DNA of 64,000 bases from a candidate division WOR-3 bacterium (GTDB lineage: Bacteria; Hydrothermota; Hydrothermia; LBFQ01): the NCBI GenBank assembly GCA_039802605.1, contig JBDRWW010000001.1:224001-288000 (forward strand). The letters run 5' to 3'. Below are positions 1 to 8,978 of this stretch, piece by piece. How positions within the stretch are numbered: position 1 is the first letter of the stretch; each line of letters starts with the position of its first letter. Made by a program: the position numbers and the translations under genes. Below the pieces are notes generated by a model, which was given only the letters and a program-made list of their open reading frames with translations, had not been told where the DNA came from and did no database searches.

Positions 1-29
1 AACCCTTTGCTTTTCAAAGAGGTAGGATA

Positions 30-707
30 TTAAAAGTTTATATGCTGATAGGAATAATAAAATACGAAAAAGCCCGCCTGAATACCCATACCCGCTGTAA
101 GGTTTTTATAAGATGGAGACGCGTATATTTCAACCATTGGGAGTTTTAAGGATACAAAACCCCCGAAATCTTTATCAATATCCCCGTAAAACCTGACAGA
201 AGCCCCCAATCCAAATATTCCAAAATACTTTTTGCCAAGGGCAAGGACTTCTGGAAGTGTAAATACCTTTCCAAATCCGCCCTCTGATGAATACCCCAAA
301 CCGAGATTCTGAACGGAAATTAGGACATCCCAGTCCTCGGAAAGTCCCCTTACCATACCGTTTATAGTTGCCGCATACGAACTCCAATTGTGTATCCTTC
401 CCGTTATTATTCCCGGTCCCACTCCGAATACCCAACCCTCTTTACCGAGTTTTCCGTTAAAGAATAAGGAATTCAAACCTATGAAAAAAGGCGAATACTG
501 TCCGATAACATTTCCGTTTTCATCAACGAGTTCAATACCGTTTACATACGCGCCTTTAAGGTTTATAAGGTATCTACCGAAGGAAAAAACGGCCTCCTCC
601 TGTCGCAAGCCGAGAAAATATTCCCTGTGGTAGAACGAGATGGCCGAAGGTATAAAAAGATTATCATACGCATTACCCAAATACCAAAAAGAAAAACCCA
701 TAAACAT
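30..707 (-). CDS. PorV/UPF0164-like outer membrane beta-barrel protein (putative)
   Basis: Alternating beta-strand pattern; 'IELVDENGNVIGQYSP' and 'ISVQNLG' resemble PorV/UPF0164-type proteins; TAAAAT 9 nt upstream of the ATG. Confidence 0.45.
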   Translation of the reverse strand: MFMGFSFWYLGNAYDNLFIPSAISFYHREYFLGLRQEEAVFSFGRYLINLKGAYVNGIELVDENGNVIGQYSPFFIGLNSLFFNGKLGKEGWVFGVGPGIITGRIHNWSSYAATINGMVRGLSEDWDVLISVQNLGLGYSSEGGFGKVFTLPEVLALGKKYFGIFGLGASVRFYGDIDKDFGGFVSLKLPMVEIYASPSYKNLTAGMGIQAGFFVFYYSYQHINF

Positions 708-839
708 ATTCCGAATATTTTAAGGTTGATGTATAATTTCATCAATGGGACTTCTACATTATTTTTAAATCGGCATTTCTGAACTTCGGGGATAGGCGAG
801 GTTAAAGGTAAAAATTTTTACGCAAGTTCTTGCAATTTT

Positions 840-1961
840 TTACTCCCCTCCCCCAGGGTTTATATTAAGACTTCTAATAAAGCTTTTATAAGCAATTGGC
901 ACATTTTCAAACTTTCCGAGGAAATAGGCCTGTAATAATCTCATAGCCAGATAATGGGGTTTTATGGGTGAGGGTTGCCCAACGGAGAACGCAACCACAC
1001 CAACTTCGGGATTTTCCACGGGTGCAAAACCTACAAACCACTCAGTTAATCCCCCAAGCTCCCTACTCGTTAATGTACCCGTCTTTCCCCCAACTTTCAC
1101 CCCCACTATTAGGTTTCCGTTGCTATCCATAAAGTACCTACTCGCCGTACCTTCTAAAACGGTTGATATGGAAATTTTCCTAAACTTCCCAACCACATCA
1201 TCCCCCAATACCCTACCCAAAATCTTAGGGGAACTTTTATAGAGCAGTGTCCCGTCTTTTGAGATTATCCTATCTATTATGTAAGGCTCAATGTCGTAGC
1301 CGGTTGATGCGATTTGTATAATCCTTGCGGCTTGAATGGGGTTTAATGTGGCGCCATCAAATCCACTACCCAAAAGGGCGAGATCATAATCGTTTTTTGG
1401 CGTTTTTATTCTACCAAATGGAATACCATCCACCGTATCGTTAAAGTATAATTTTTCGGCAAATTCATTTATTACATCAAAACCCAAACTTACGGCCAAC
1501 CTCCCAAAAAGGGCATTGTTTGATATACCAAATCCGTAATATAGGGTTGAAGGATATTCGCGATCGCATTTTAACCACCTGCGGGGATGTTTGTAGTATA
1601 TGGGGGGACAAAAGGAAAAAGTATCGTAAGGCTGGACATCATTGTAGGATAAAAAGGACAGAAGTGTAACGATTTTAAATATTGATGCCGCGGGATATAT
1701 GTTTATCTTAAACGGGTATAAGCTCTTCTCACCTTTAAAGAACCCGGAAATTGCCAGAATCTTGCCGCTTCTAAGGTCTATCAACATTAAACCCTCATAA
1801 TCCTTTGGATATGTGGATATCAATGTGTTTGCGGCCCTTTGAATGGCGGGATCAACCGTGAAATACACTTTACTCCCATCGGACATGGTATATACATATT
1901 CCCCGTTTTCAAGTTTTGCATTTTGGAACATCCAAAGGGCCAAAGATAAATTTGGAACCAT
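840..1961 (-). CDS. Penicillin-binding protein, transpeptidase domain only
   Basis: SxxK (ASIFK), SxN (SNN) and KTG (GGKTGT) motifs; 'EWFVGFAP..NPE'. Confidence 0.85.
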   Translation of the reverse strand: MVPNLSLALWMFQNAKLENGEYVYTMSDGSKVYFTVDPAIQRAANTLISTYPKDYEGLMLIDLRSGKILAISGFFKGEKSLYPFKINIYPAASIFKIVTLLSFLSYNDVQPYDTFSFCPPIYYKHPRRWLKCDREYPSTLYYGFGISNNALFGRLAVSLGFDVINEFAEKLYFNDTVDGIPFGRIKTPKNDYDLALLGSGFDGATLNPIQAARIIQIASTGYDIEPYIIDRIISKDGTLLYKSSPKILGRVLGDDVVGKFRKISISTVLEGTASRYFMDSNGNLIVGVKVGGKTGTLTSRELGGLTEWFVGFAPVENPEVGVVAFSVGQPSPIKPHYLAMRLLQAYFLGKFENVPIAYKSFIRSLNINPGGGE

Positions 1962-2009
1962 GTTAAGAATTATATCGGGGAATAACTTTTGGCACGGGAT
2001 GCCCTAACC

Positions 2010-2681
2010 TTACCAATTCCAAACTATGTTAAACAACCTGTTAAACCTTATCCTTTTGTAATTCCAATCAAAGGAGAAATAAATTATTAGGGGTTTGCCC
2101 CGTAAATATTTTAAAGGTAGGGGACCCCAAAACCTCGAATCCCAAGAATAATCCCTATTATCCCCCATAACGAATACGGTACCCTTTGGAACAACAACCG
2201 GACCAAAATTATCCCTAACCCATATAACATTTGAAAAATACCCTTTTTCCCAATATTTTTGAAACTCTTCATCGTCAAAACTTTCCTCGGGTTCATACAC
2301 CGTGGTATCTTTATGGACGGCATAGGGTTCAAACATCGGCCTTCCGTTTACATAAACCCGTTTGTTTATTATTTCAACCGTATCGCCCTCCAATGCTATA
2401 ACCCTTTTAACATAATCCTTACTTTCATTAAAAAACTTGAAAACGACTATTTCCCCCCTCTTAGGTTTAACATTTTCGGGAATTTTCACATCGGTGAACG
2501 GTATTACAAACCCATAGACGGGCTTAAAAACAAAAAGGAAATCCCCTATTAACAGGGTGTTTTCCATTGAAGAAGAAGGTATAACATACGCCTGAATTAA
2601 AAAAGCCCTTATCAAGAGGACCACAAAAATTATAAAAACCCACTCCTTAACCTGTTCGTATAGGGTTTTTTTATTTTTCAT
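2010..2681 (-). CDS. lepB: Signal peptidase I
   Basis: 'IPSSSMENTL', 'YVKRVIA' and 'MGDNRDYSWDSRFWG' boxes. Confidence 0.95.
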   Translation of the reverse strand: MKNKKTLYEQVKEWVFIIFVVLLIRAFLIQAYVIPSSSMENTLLIGDFLFVFKPVYGFVIPFTDVKIPENVKPKRGEIVVFKFFNESKDYVKRVIALEGDTVEIINKRVYVNGRPMFEPYAVHKDTTVYEPEESFDDEEFQKYWEKGYFSNVIWVRDNFGPVVVPKGTVFVMGDNRDYSWDSRFWGPLPLKYLRGKPLIIYFSFDWNYKRIRFNRLFNIVWNW

Positions 2682-3247
2682 TTGCGGGAAACTACAACAT
2701 GCTGATATTCGTAAACGTCAAACTCCTTGGGACCTTTAAAGCCTACCAGATTTAAAACGCTTAAAAGTTCGGAAATATCTTTTCTCTCCTCCAAAGGGGG
2801 ACCGAAATCCGTCGGTATGGGCTTCCAATCTATTACCAAGAATTCGCCGTTTTCCTTTAATATCCTTTTAACCTCGTTGAAGATTTTTACGGGGTCCTCC
2901 AATTCGTGAAAAACATGCGCCATTATTACCACATCGGCCATATCGTCCTCCAATGGAAGTTTATTTTCCTCGGATTTTAAAATACGGATATTTTTTAAAT
3001 TCAAACGATCAACCTTTTCCTTCAAAATCCTTAGCATCTCGTCTTGGATGTCAAGGCAATAAACCAAACTTTTGGGAAATCTTTGGGCCAAGGGTATAGA
3101 AAAATAGCCAGTACCGGCACCGATATCAACTATAACCCCTTTATTACTAAAATCAATCAAATCAAAAATCCTTTCCGGGGGTTGGATTGACCTTCTCCCT
3201 TCGCCGTCCAACCTATCCGCAAATTCGGGATTGAATTTATGAGGCAT
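2678..3247 (-). CDS. Class I SAM-dependent methyltransferase
   Basis: 'VDIGAGTG' motif I; 'RILKENG'. Confidence 0.9.
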   Translation of the reverse strand: MPHKFNPEFADRLDGEGRRSIQPPERIFDLIDFSNKGVIVDIGAGTGYFSIPLAQRFPKSLVYCLDIQDEMLRILKEKVDRLNLKNIRILKSEENKLPLEDDMADVVIMAHVFHELEDPVKIFNEVKRILKENGEFLVIDWKPIPTDFGPPLEERKDISELLSVLNLVGFKGPKEFDVYEYQHVVVSRK

Positions 3248-3584
3248 TAAGTTCCCGTATTCTTCTATCCAAACTTTCGGCCGTTATTTTATCGTTGTTT
3301 TTGTATTCAAGCGTTAAGGCCTTTAAAATCCTTCTTTTTTCGCTTGACTTCATATTTAGTATCGTAGGACCTATAACCTCACCCCAAGCCTTAACGAGAT
3401 CAACAAGCCTCCAAGATTTTACATGTGTGGGGTATTTTAGGAGCATTTTGTGGGCCAATTCCTTTGCCTCATCCATCCTGGCGTTCATAAGGAAATCCAC
3501 AATTTTTTGAAAAGCCTTGTCAAGCTTTGCGTTTATTTTTGTCCTTTGTTGCTTTTTAATCTGATACTGCTTCCACCTGCTCAT
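3237..3584 (-). CDS. Hypothetical basic protein
   Basis: 115-aa ORF with AGGGGG RBS directly after rpsG; overlaps the next gene. Confidence 0.65.
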   Translation of the reverse strand: MSRWKQYQIKKQQRTKINAKLDKAFQKIVDFLMNARMDEAKELAHKMLLKYPTHVKSWRLVDLVKAWGEVIGPTILNMKSSEKRRILKALTLEYKNNDKITAESLDRRIRELNAS

Positions 3585-3594
3585 ACTCTACCCC

Positions 3595-4062
3595 CTACCA
3601 CCTGAAATGGGCGAATACCCTGTTTGCCTCGGCCATCTTATGGACATTTTCCTTGGTTTTGACCGCATTACCCGTCCCCTTGTACGCGTCAATTATTTCG
3701 GCGGCGAGTTTTTCGTACATCCTCCTACCCGGCCTTTTGCGGGCGGCATCTATAATCCATTTGATTGCCAGGGAAGTTTGTCTCTTGGGTCTTACTTCCA
3801 CGGGTATCTGGTAGTTTGCACCGCCTATACGACGGGATCTAACTTCCATTGAGGGTTTGACATTTTCTATGGCTTTCTGGAATACATCAAGGGGATTTTC
3901 ACCCGTTCTCTCACCCACTATTTCCATAGCCTTGTAGAATATCTTCTGGGCAACGGTCTTTTTACCATCCCACATAAGGTTATTAATAAACCTCGCAACC
4001 AACTCACTGTTATATATGGGATCCGGTTCAACCTTTCTTTCAGGAGCCCTTCTCCTCCTCAT
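3595..4062 (-). CDS. rpsG: 30S ribosomal protein S7
   Basis: '[15 protein letters not shown]', '[15 protein letters not shown]'. Confidence 0.99.
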   Translation of the reverse strand: MRRRRAPERKVEPDPIYNSELVARFINNLMWDGKKTVAQKIFYKAMEIVGERTGENPLDVFQKAIENVKPSMEVRSRRIGGANYQIPVEVRPKRQTSLAIKWIIDAARKRPGRRMYEKLAAEIIDAYKGTGNAVKTKENVHKMAEANRVFAHFRW

Positions 4063-4073
4063 ATTCTACCCCC

Positions 4074-4448
4074 TTATTCCTTTGGCCTTTTTGTTCCGTA
4101 CTTTGACCTTGAATTACGCCTATTCGCCACCCCCGCGGCATCATAAGCACCCCTAACTATATGATACTTAACGCCCGGCAAATCCTTAACCCTACCACCT
4201 CTAACCAATACCACGGAGTGTTCCTGTAAGTTGTGCCCTTCGCCCGGTATATATGCTATAACCTCTTTACCATTTGAAAGTCTAACCTTTGCCACCTTTC
4301 TCAAAGCGGAGTTGGGTTTCTTGGGTGTTGTGGTATAAACCCTTATACATGTTCCCCTTTTCTGCGGGCAACCATCCAAAGCCGGCGACTTTGACTTGCG
4401 CTTTTTCGGTTTTCTGCCGTACCTTACCAATTGATTAATGGTTGGCAT
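4074..4448 (-). CDS. rpsL: 30S ribosomal protein S12
   Basis: 'MPTINQLVR', '[10 protein letters not shown]', 'RVKDLPGV'. Confidence 0.99.
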   Translation of the reverse strand: MPTINQLVRYGRKPKKRKSKSPALDGCPQKRGTCIRVYTTTPKKPNSALRKVAKVRLSNGKEVIAYIPGEGHNLQEHSVVLVRGGRVKDLPGVKYHIVRGAYDAAGVANRRNSRSKYGTKRPKE

Positions 4449-4490
4449 AAGTGGGTATTATATTGCCGTTTTATTTGTTTGTGAATGCTT

Positions 4491-5360
4491 TTAAAATACC
4501 CTACCGATACTTGAATTTATGGGTAATCCCAATTCCCTCACCGCCTTTAAAACCTTCCTTTCATCAACCGAAACCTCTGCCCCCATTTCCCTAAGGGCAA
4601 AAACCACATCTTCCGTTGCAATATTTCCGCTAGCCCCTGGGGCATAAGGACACCCCCCCAATCCCCCCGCCGAGGAGTCAAACCTGTATATCCCGAAATC
4701 TCTATAAGAGCATACGACATTTGCTATTCCCATTCCATAAGTAGCGTGAAAGTGTAAGACTACCTTGTCCAAATCCACATCCTTTAAAATCAATTCCAAT
4801 AGTTCGGAAACATCCTTGGGAGATGCCCTCCCTATGGTATCACCCAAAGAAACCTCATCAACTCCCAATTCTAAGAGTCTTAGGGCGATCTCCCTAACTT
4901 TATACGGGGAAACCTTTCCCTCATATGGACACCAAAACGATGTGGATACATATCCCCTAACCTTTAACCCTTCCGCTTTTGCATTCTTTACAACCGGTGT
5001 AAGAATTTTAAAGGAACCTTCTATATCCGTATTTATGTTTTTCCTGTTAAAGGTATCGGATGCAGCGGTTAAAACCGCTATTTTATCGGGCTTAACCTTT
5101 AATGCCCTTTCCAAACCCTTTTCGTTTGGAACGATTGCCGAGTAAATTACACCCTCCTTCCTGTTTATTTTTTGAAATACGTCTTCGGCATCCGCAAGTT
5201 GTGGTACCCATTTGGGATGCACAAAAGAACTAACCTCTATCTCATCAACCCCCGTTTCGGAAAGTAAATTTATGAATTTTACCTTTTTATCCGTTTCAAT
5301 CAATTCCTTTATGTTTTGCAAACCATCCCTAGGAGCAACTTCGGTAATGTATATTTTCAT
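4491..5360 (-). CDS. Hydroxymethylglutaryl-CoA lyase
   Basis: 'EVAPRDGLQN', 'SFVHPKWVPQLAD', 'GGLGGCPYAPGASGNIATED'. Confidence 0.93.
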   Translation of the reverse strand: MKIYITEVAPRDGLQNIKELIETDKKVKFINLLSETGVDEIEVSSFVHPKWVPQLADAEDVFQKINRKEGVIYSAIVPNEKGLERALKVKPDKIAVLTAASDTFNRKNINTDIEGSFKILTPVVKNAKAEGLKVRGYVSTSFWCPYEGKVSPYKVREIALRLLELGVDEVSLGDTIGRASPKDVSELLELILKDVDLDKVVLHFHATYGMGIANVVCSYRDFGIYRFDSSAGGLGGCPYAPGASGNIATEDVVFALREMGAEVSVDERKVLKAVRELGLPINSSIGRVF

Positions 5361-6586
5361 TGCTCACCCCCAACAAAATACCTGGTTAAAAATATCCCAA
5401 AAGTCATTATTATAACGCTAACCAGTATAACCCCGAAGGCATAAGAGAGCAAAAGGTTTGCGTACTGGGGTAATACCGATCCCACATTAAAGGCCACTAT
5501 GGCCGTTACCAAACCCCTTGGCATCATAAAGAACAGGGTTAAGACTTCTCTATTCCGCTTAATATCCTTGTCAATGAGGTATACCAAAAAAGTCACAAAC
5601 GCCCTTATTATTATAATTATCAGGGAAAAGCCAAAAATGGCCGATAATACATTCCAATCAAGCAAATAGTCAAGTTTTACCACCATACCCAAAATTAGAA
5701 AGAAAAATGTGCTGAATACGAATGACAGTTCCACACTAACCTGCCTCGTGAATTCGTCTATGGAAAAGTTTAGGATTCTTACCCTCTCTTCATCTATGCG
5801 CAAAAAGGGTAAAACCCTTGCCACAACCTTCTCCGTATTTGATATAACCATACCCAATACCAGGGCCGCCAATGGTCCGTTTGCATGGATGAACTCAACA
5901 AACCAATATGTCCCGAATAAAACGGCAAGGGTTAAGATATAATATATCTCGTTTTTAACCAAAAACTTTATGGCTTGCAACCAAACCAAACCCACAAATA
6001 TACCTATAAGCGTGGAATTTACTATGGAATTAAAGAAGTAAGAGGGGATGTTGAAATCGCCCTCCCCTTTTATCATTCCCAAAATTACGCTAACACCTAC
6101 AATTATATAAATTTCCGCAAGGACGGCTTCCATTTTTGCCACCGTTTTTACCTCTTCGGACACCTTTAACTTTGATATTATTGGGATAACAATAGCCCCG
6201 CTTATACCACCGAGCATTATACCTATTATTGCCCCTATGTAGGGGTCTCCTCCGAATAAAATCCAAAAAATGGCTAAGGATATTGCCGTAAGCAAAAATA
6301 TTAATGTCCCGAATAAAAACGCTATTCCGAGTTTCTTTACGAGTGAATATATATCAAGTGCCAAACCGCCTTCAAAAAGTATAATGGCAAAGGCCATAGT
6401 TCCGAAGTAAGGTGCAAATATTAAAATCATTTCTGAGTCAAAAAGGTGGAAGATGTTGGTTAATATAAATCCTACGGTAAGGAGTGATAGGGTTGGGGGT
6501 ATGCTAAACCTTTTAAAAATTATGTCGGATATAAATCCCAAGATTATTATTCCCGATATCAGACCCAAAAAGTTGTACGGGGACAT
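5357..6586 (-). CDS. Cation:proton antiporter (CPA1/NhaP-like)
   Basis: About 12 TM segments; 'ILFEGGL' and 'MPRGLVTAIVA'. Confidence 0.85.
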   Translation of the reverse strand: MSPYNFLGLISGIIILGFISDIIFKRFSIPPTLSLLTVGFILTNIFHLFDSEMILIFAPYFGTMAFAIILFEGGLALDIYSLVKKLGIAFLFGTLIFLLTAISLAIFWILFGGDPYIGAIIGIMLGGISGAIVIPIISKLKVSEEVKTVAKMEAVLAEIYIIVGVSVILGMIKGEGDFNIPSYFFNSIVNSTLIGIFVGLVWLQAIKFLVKNEIYYILTLAVLFGTYWFVEFIHANGPLAALVLGMVISNTEKVVARVLPFLRIDEERVRILNFSIDEFTRQVSVELSFVFSTFFFLILGMVVKLDYLLDWNVLSAIFGFSLIIIIIRAFVTFLVYLIDKDIKRNREVLTLFFMMPRGLVTAIVAFNVGSVLPQYANLLLSYAFGVILVSVIIMTFGIFLTRYFVGGEQ

Positions 6587-6615
6587 TGCGGAGATTATAA
6601 ACTTGCCAGGTTTTT

Positions 6616-6651
6616 ATAAAAAAGTGGGGGCGGCACCGCATACCGCCCCCA
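6616..6651 (-). terminator. Intrinsic terminator after cbaA
   Basis: On the - strand, TGGGGGCGG/CCGCCCCCA stem followed by a T-run, just after the cbaA stop. Confidence 0.75.
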
Positions 6652-6657
6652 TAAGTG

Positions 6658-8298
6658 TTATTTTATGGGCAAAGGACTGAAAGGAGAAAAGGCTCCTTCT
6701 ACGAAGTATGTTGCCCTGAACACATCGTAGAAAACTGGTGAGTAGTTGATTACTATAAGCAATACCGCTATGCCTATCCAAACCTTCCAATTATCCCATA
6801 TGGGTGAAAGGTTTGCCTCGGGATGATAAGATTCGGCGTAATCAATTTCAACGACTTCAACTTCCCTTTCCTTCTTTCCAAAAACCGTACCGAGGAAGTT
6901 TATCAGGAATATCACGAAGGATATAAACATCAATATACCGCCTATTGCGGCAATAATCATAAATATTTTCTCCTCGGGCTCCATATAAGGTGAAAGTCCG
7001 AGGTTTGTCCTTCTGGGAATGCCGGCCCTTCCCAATTGCATCATACCCCAGGAGAATATTAAAACGCCTATAAGCCAAAGGTATGCCGATAGGGTTCCCA
7101 ACCTTTCGCTAAAAATCCTCTTACCCATGAGTTTGTTTGTTAAATAAAGGGATAATCCGAGGAATGTTAGGAACACGGCCGAACCAAGGGTTAAATGGAA
7201 ATGGCCGGGTATCCAGGATGTGTTATGTACCACTTGGTTCATATTGTAAGAGGCATTGACTATACCGCTTATTCCACCGAATATAAATGCTATCATGCCG
7301 GAAATCATATATGCAAAGAGATAATTACCCCACGGGAGTTTTAACCACCAACCAAACAGGCCGTTTCCACCCCTCTGCCTTGCGGCGTATTCAAGGGATG
7401 CCGCAACGGTAAAGGCTGTTATAAGGGATGGAACCGCAACCATAAATGTAAAGAAGGCGTGCAGGCCCTTCCAAACATTGGTAATGCCTGGATCCGAGTA
7501 TTGGTGATGAACACCTACGGGTACGGAGAATACGATAAACATTATAAAAGCTAGTCTTGCGGCCGTTGCGGAGTATAATTTTCCGCCGATTACCTTTGGA
7601 AGAATGTAATACCATGCGAGGTATGCGGGCAATAGCCAGAAATAAACCAATGGGTGTCCAAACCACCAGAAAAGCGTCCTCGCGAGTTGTGGGTTTATTG
7701 ATTTAACTATGCCCAAGGACCAAGGGATTAGGAAAAACAGAACCTCTATTGCAACACCCAAGGTTGCCAAAAACCACACGGAGTATATGGAAATAACGGC
7801 CACCATGGGACCGGGCGTCCTCTGGCCCGGATTATTCTTCCTCCACCTGAGGAAGGTTAAAATGGTGTTCAGAATTGCTATCCAAGAACCCACTATTAAC
7901 AAAGTGGCGCCTATGTAAAATAGTGGGTGGGCTTGTAGGGGTGGGTAAAAGGTATATAGAACCGTAGCCTTATTGGTTAAAAGCGTGTAAGCCGCCAAAA
8001 CTGCACCCAAAAGCATGACAAAGAAGGATAGATAAACCAGGGTTTTATTCAGCCTCTCCTTCAAACTCGTTTCGGTTATAACATAAAGGAATCCTACTAT
8101 AAAGAATGTTGTAAAGACGACGGCGTTAAGGACACCGTGCATTGTTAAGCCTTGATAGTAAAGGTTCGGAGATATGACATATATTCCAGCCCTTGATAAA
8201 ACTTGGAGGAGTCCGAAAATTACACCTATGGTTATGGATGCTATGGCAACATATATATGCCACATAACGGCGGAACGCAAATATCCTTCCATTTTCAT
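6658..8298 (-). CDS. cbaA: ba3-type (family B) cytochrome c oxidase subunit I
   Basis: 'YYQGLTMHG', 'FWWFGHPLVYFW', 'GVHHQY', 'WIPGHFH'; AGGAGG RBS favours ATG 8298 over 8313. Confidence 0.95.
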   Translation of the reverse strand: MKMEGYLRSAVMWHIYVAIASITIGVIFGLLQVLSRAGIYVISPNLYYQGLTMHGVLNAVVFTTFFIVGFLYVITETSLKERLNKTLVYLSFFVMLLGAVLAAYTLLTNKATVLYTFYPPLQAHPLFYIGATLLIVGSWIAILNTILTFLRWRKNNPGQRTPGPMVAVISIYSVWFLATLGVAIEVLFFLIPWSLGIVKSINPQLARTLFWWFGHPLVYFWLLPAYLAWYYILPKVIGGKLYSATAARLAFIMFIVFSVPVGVHHQYSDPGITNVWKGLHAFFTFMVAVPSLITAFTVAASLEYAARQRGGNGLFGWWLKLPWGNYLFAYMISGMIAFIFGGISGIVNASYNMNQVVHNTSWIPGHFHLTLGSAVFLTFLGLSLYLTNKLMGKRIFSERLGTLSAYLWLIGVLIFSWGMMQLGRAGIPRRTNLGLSPYMEPEEKIFMIIAAIGGILMFISFVIFLINFLGTVFGKKEREVEVVEIDYAESYHPEANLSPIWDNWKVWIGIAVLLIVINYSPVFYDVFRATYFVEGAFSPFSPLPIK

Positions 8299-8309
8299 AA
8301 CCCACCTCC

Positions 8310-8747
8310 TCATTTAACTATTATTTCCCCATACATCGCCTGATGCCCTATACCGCAGAACTCGTGGCAAACAAACCTATAAACACCCGGCTTGTTAAAC
8401 ACTACCTCGGCTTTATTCACAGCCCCCGGAATGGCCATAAGGTTAACCGCTCTCCCCTCTATCTCAAAACCGTGTTGCACATCGATGGATGTGGTATAAA
8501 TTATAACCTTTGAACCGGCCGGGATTTCTATACTGTTGGGTTCAAATGCCCACATCCTCGCCAATAATTGAACCTGATATTCCTTATCCGATAGTTTTAT
8601 TACTTTACCCTCTTTGAAAGGTGGGAAATCGGTTAAACAGGTTGGGACATCTATGCCCTTTAAGGCCGCAAGGCCAACAACGGCAAAGAAGAACACCAAA
8701 ACCAGCGCAAACGCCAACTTTATGGCTAAACTCTCGAACCTATCCAT
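8310..8747 (-). CDS. cbaB: ba3-type cytochrome c oxidase subunit II (CuA)
   Basis: Single TM; CuA ligands in 'DVQHG' and 'CHEFCGIGHQAM'. Confidence 0.95.
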   Translation of the reverse strand: MDRFESLAIKLAFALVLVFFFAVVGLAALKGIDVPTCLTDFPPFKEGKVIKLSDKEYQVQLLARMWAFEPNSIEIPAGSKVIIYTTSIDVQHGFEIEGRAVNLMAIPGAVNKAEVVFNKPGVYRFVCHEFCGIGHQAMYGEIIVK

Positions 8748-8750
8748 ACC

Positions 8751-8876
8751 TCAACCTCCTCTGTAAATTACCAAAAGCGCGTATATTGAGAACCACATAA
8801 CCGCGTATAGAAGTATCATCCCTACAAAAAATGCTATTGCACCCTTTGGCACGAATTTTTCATTTTGCCCTTTCAT
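8751..8876 (-). CDS. cbaD: ba3 oxidase subunit IIa (41 aa, not in ORF track)
   Basis: Hand translation MKGQNEKFVPKGAIAFFVGMILLYAVMWFSIYALLVIYRGG matches the PKGA...W...Y...RG pattern of Thermus subunit IIa; lies directly upstream of cbaB. Confidence 0.9.
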   Translation of the reverse strand: MKGQNEKFVPKGAIAFFVGMILLYAVMWFSIYALLVIYRGG

Positions 8877-8886
8877 GGCAGAAAAT

Positions 8887-8973
8887 ATTATAAGGGTGTA
8901 AAGTTATTGTCAAGTAAAAAAGTTTGGTAGTCGTTATGCACGACTTGAAAAACGAATTTCACGGCCTTAAAAT
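8887..8973. promoter_or_regulatory. Divergent sigma70-type promoters (cbaDBA and secreted protein)
   Basis: - strand TTGACA-15-TATAAT (8913-8887); + strand TTGAAA-17-TAAAAT (8945-8973). Confidence 0.6.
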
Positions 8974-8978
8974 ATCAA

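Noticed and set aside
746..839. Intergenic stretch with palindrome GTAAAAATTTTTAC (808-821) as an ncRNA or operator
   Set aside because: Low-complexity AT palindrome with no recognisable RNA family
4735..4760. HMG-CoA lyase HFHAT instead of HxHDT
   Set aside because: Both metal-binding His, the RD motif and the catalytic Cys are intact; the single change cannot be interpreted from sequence
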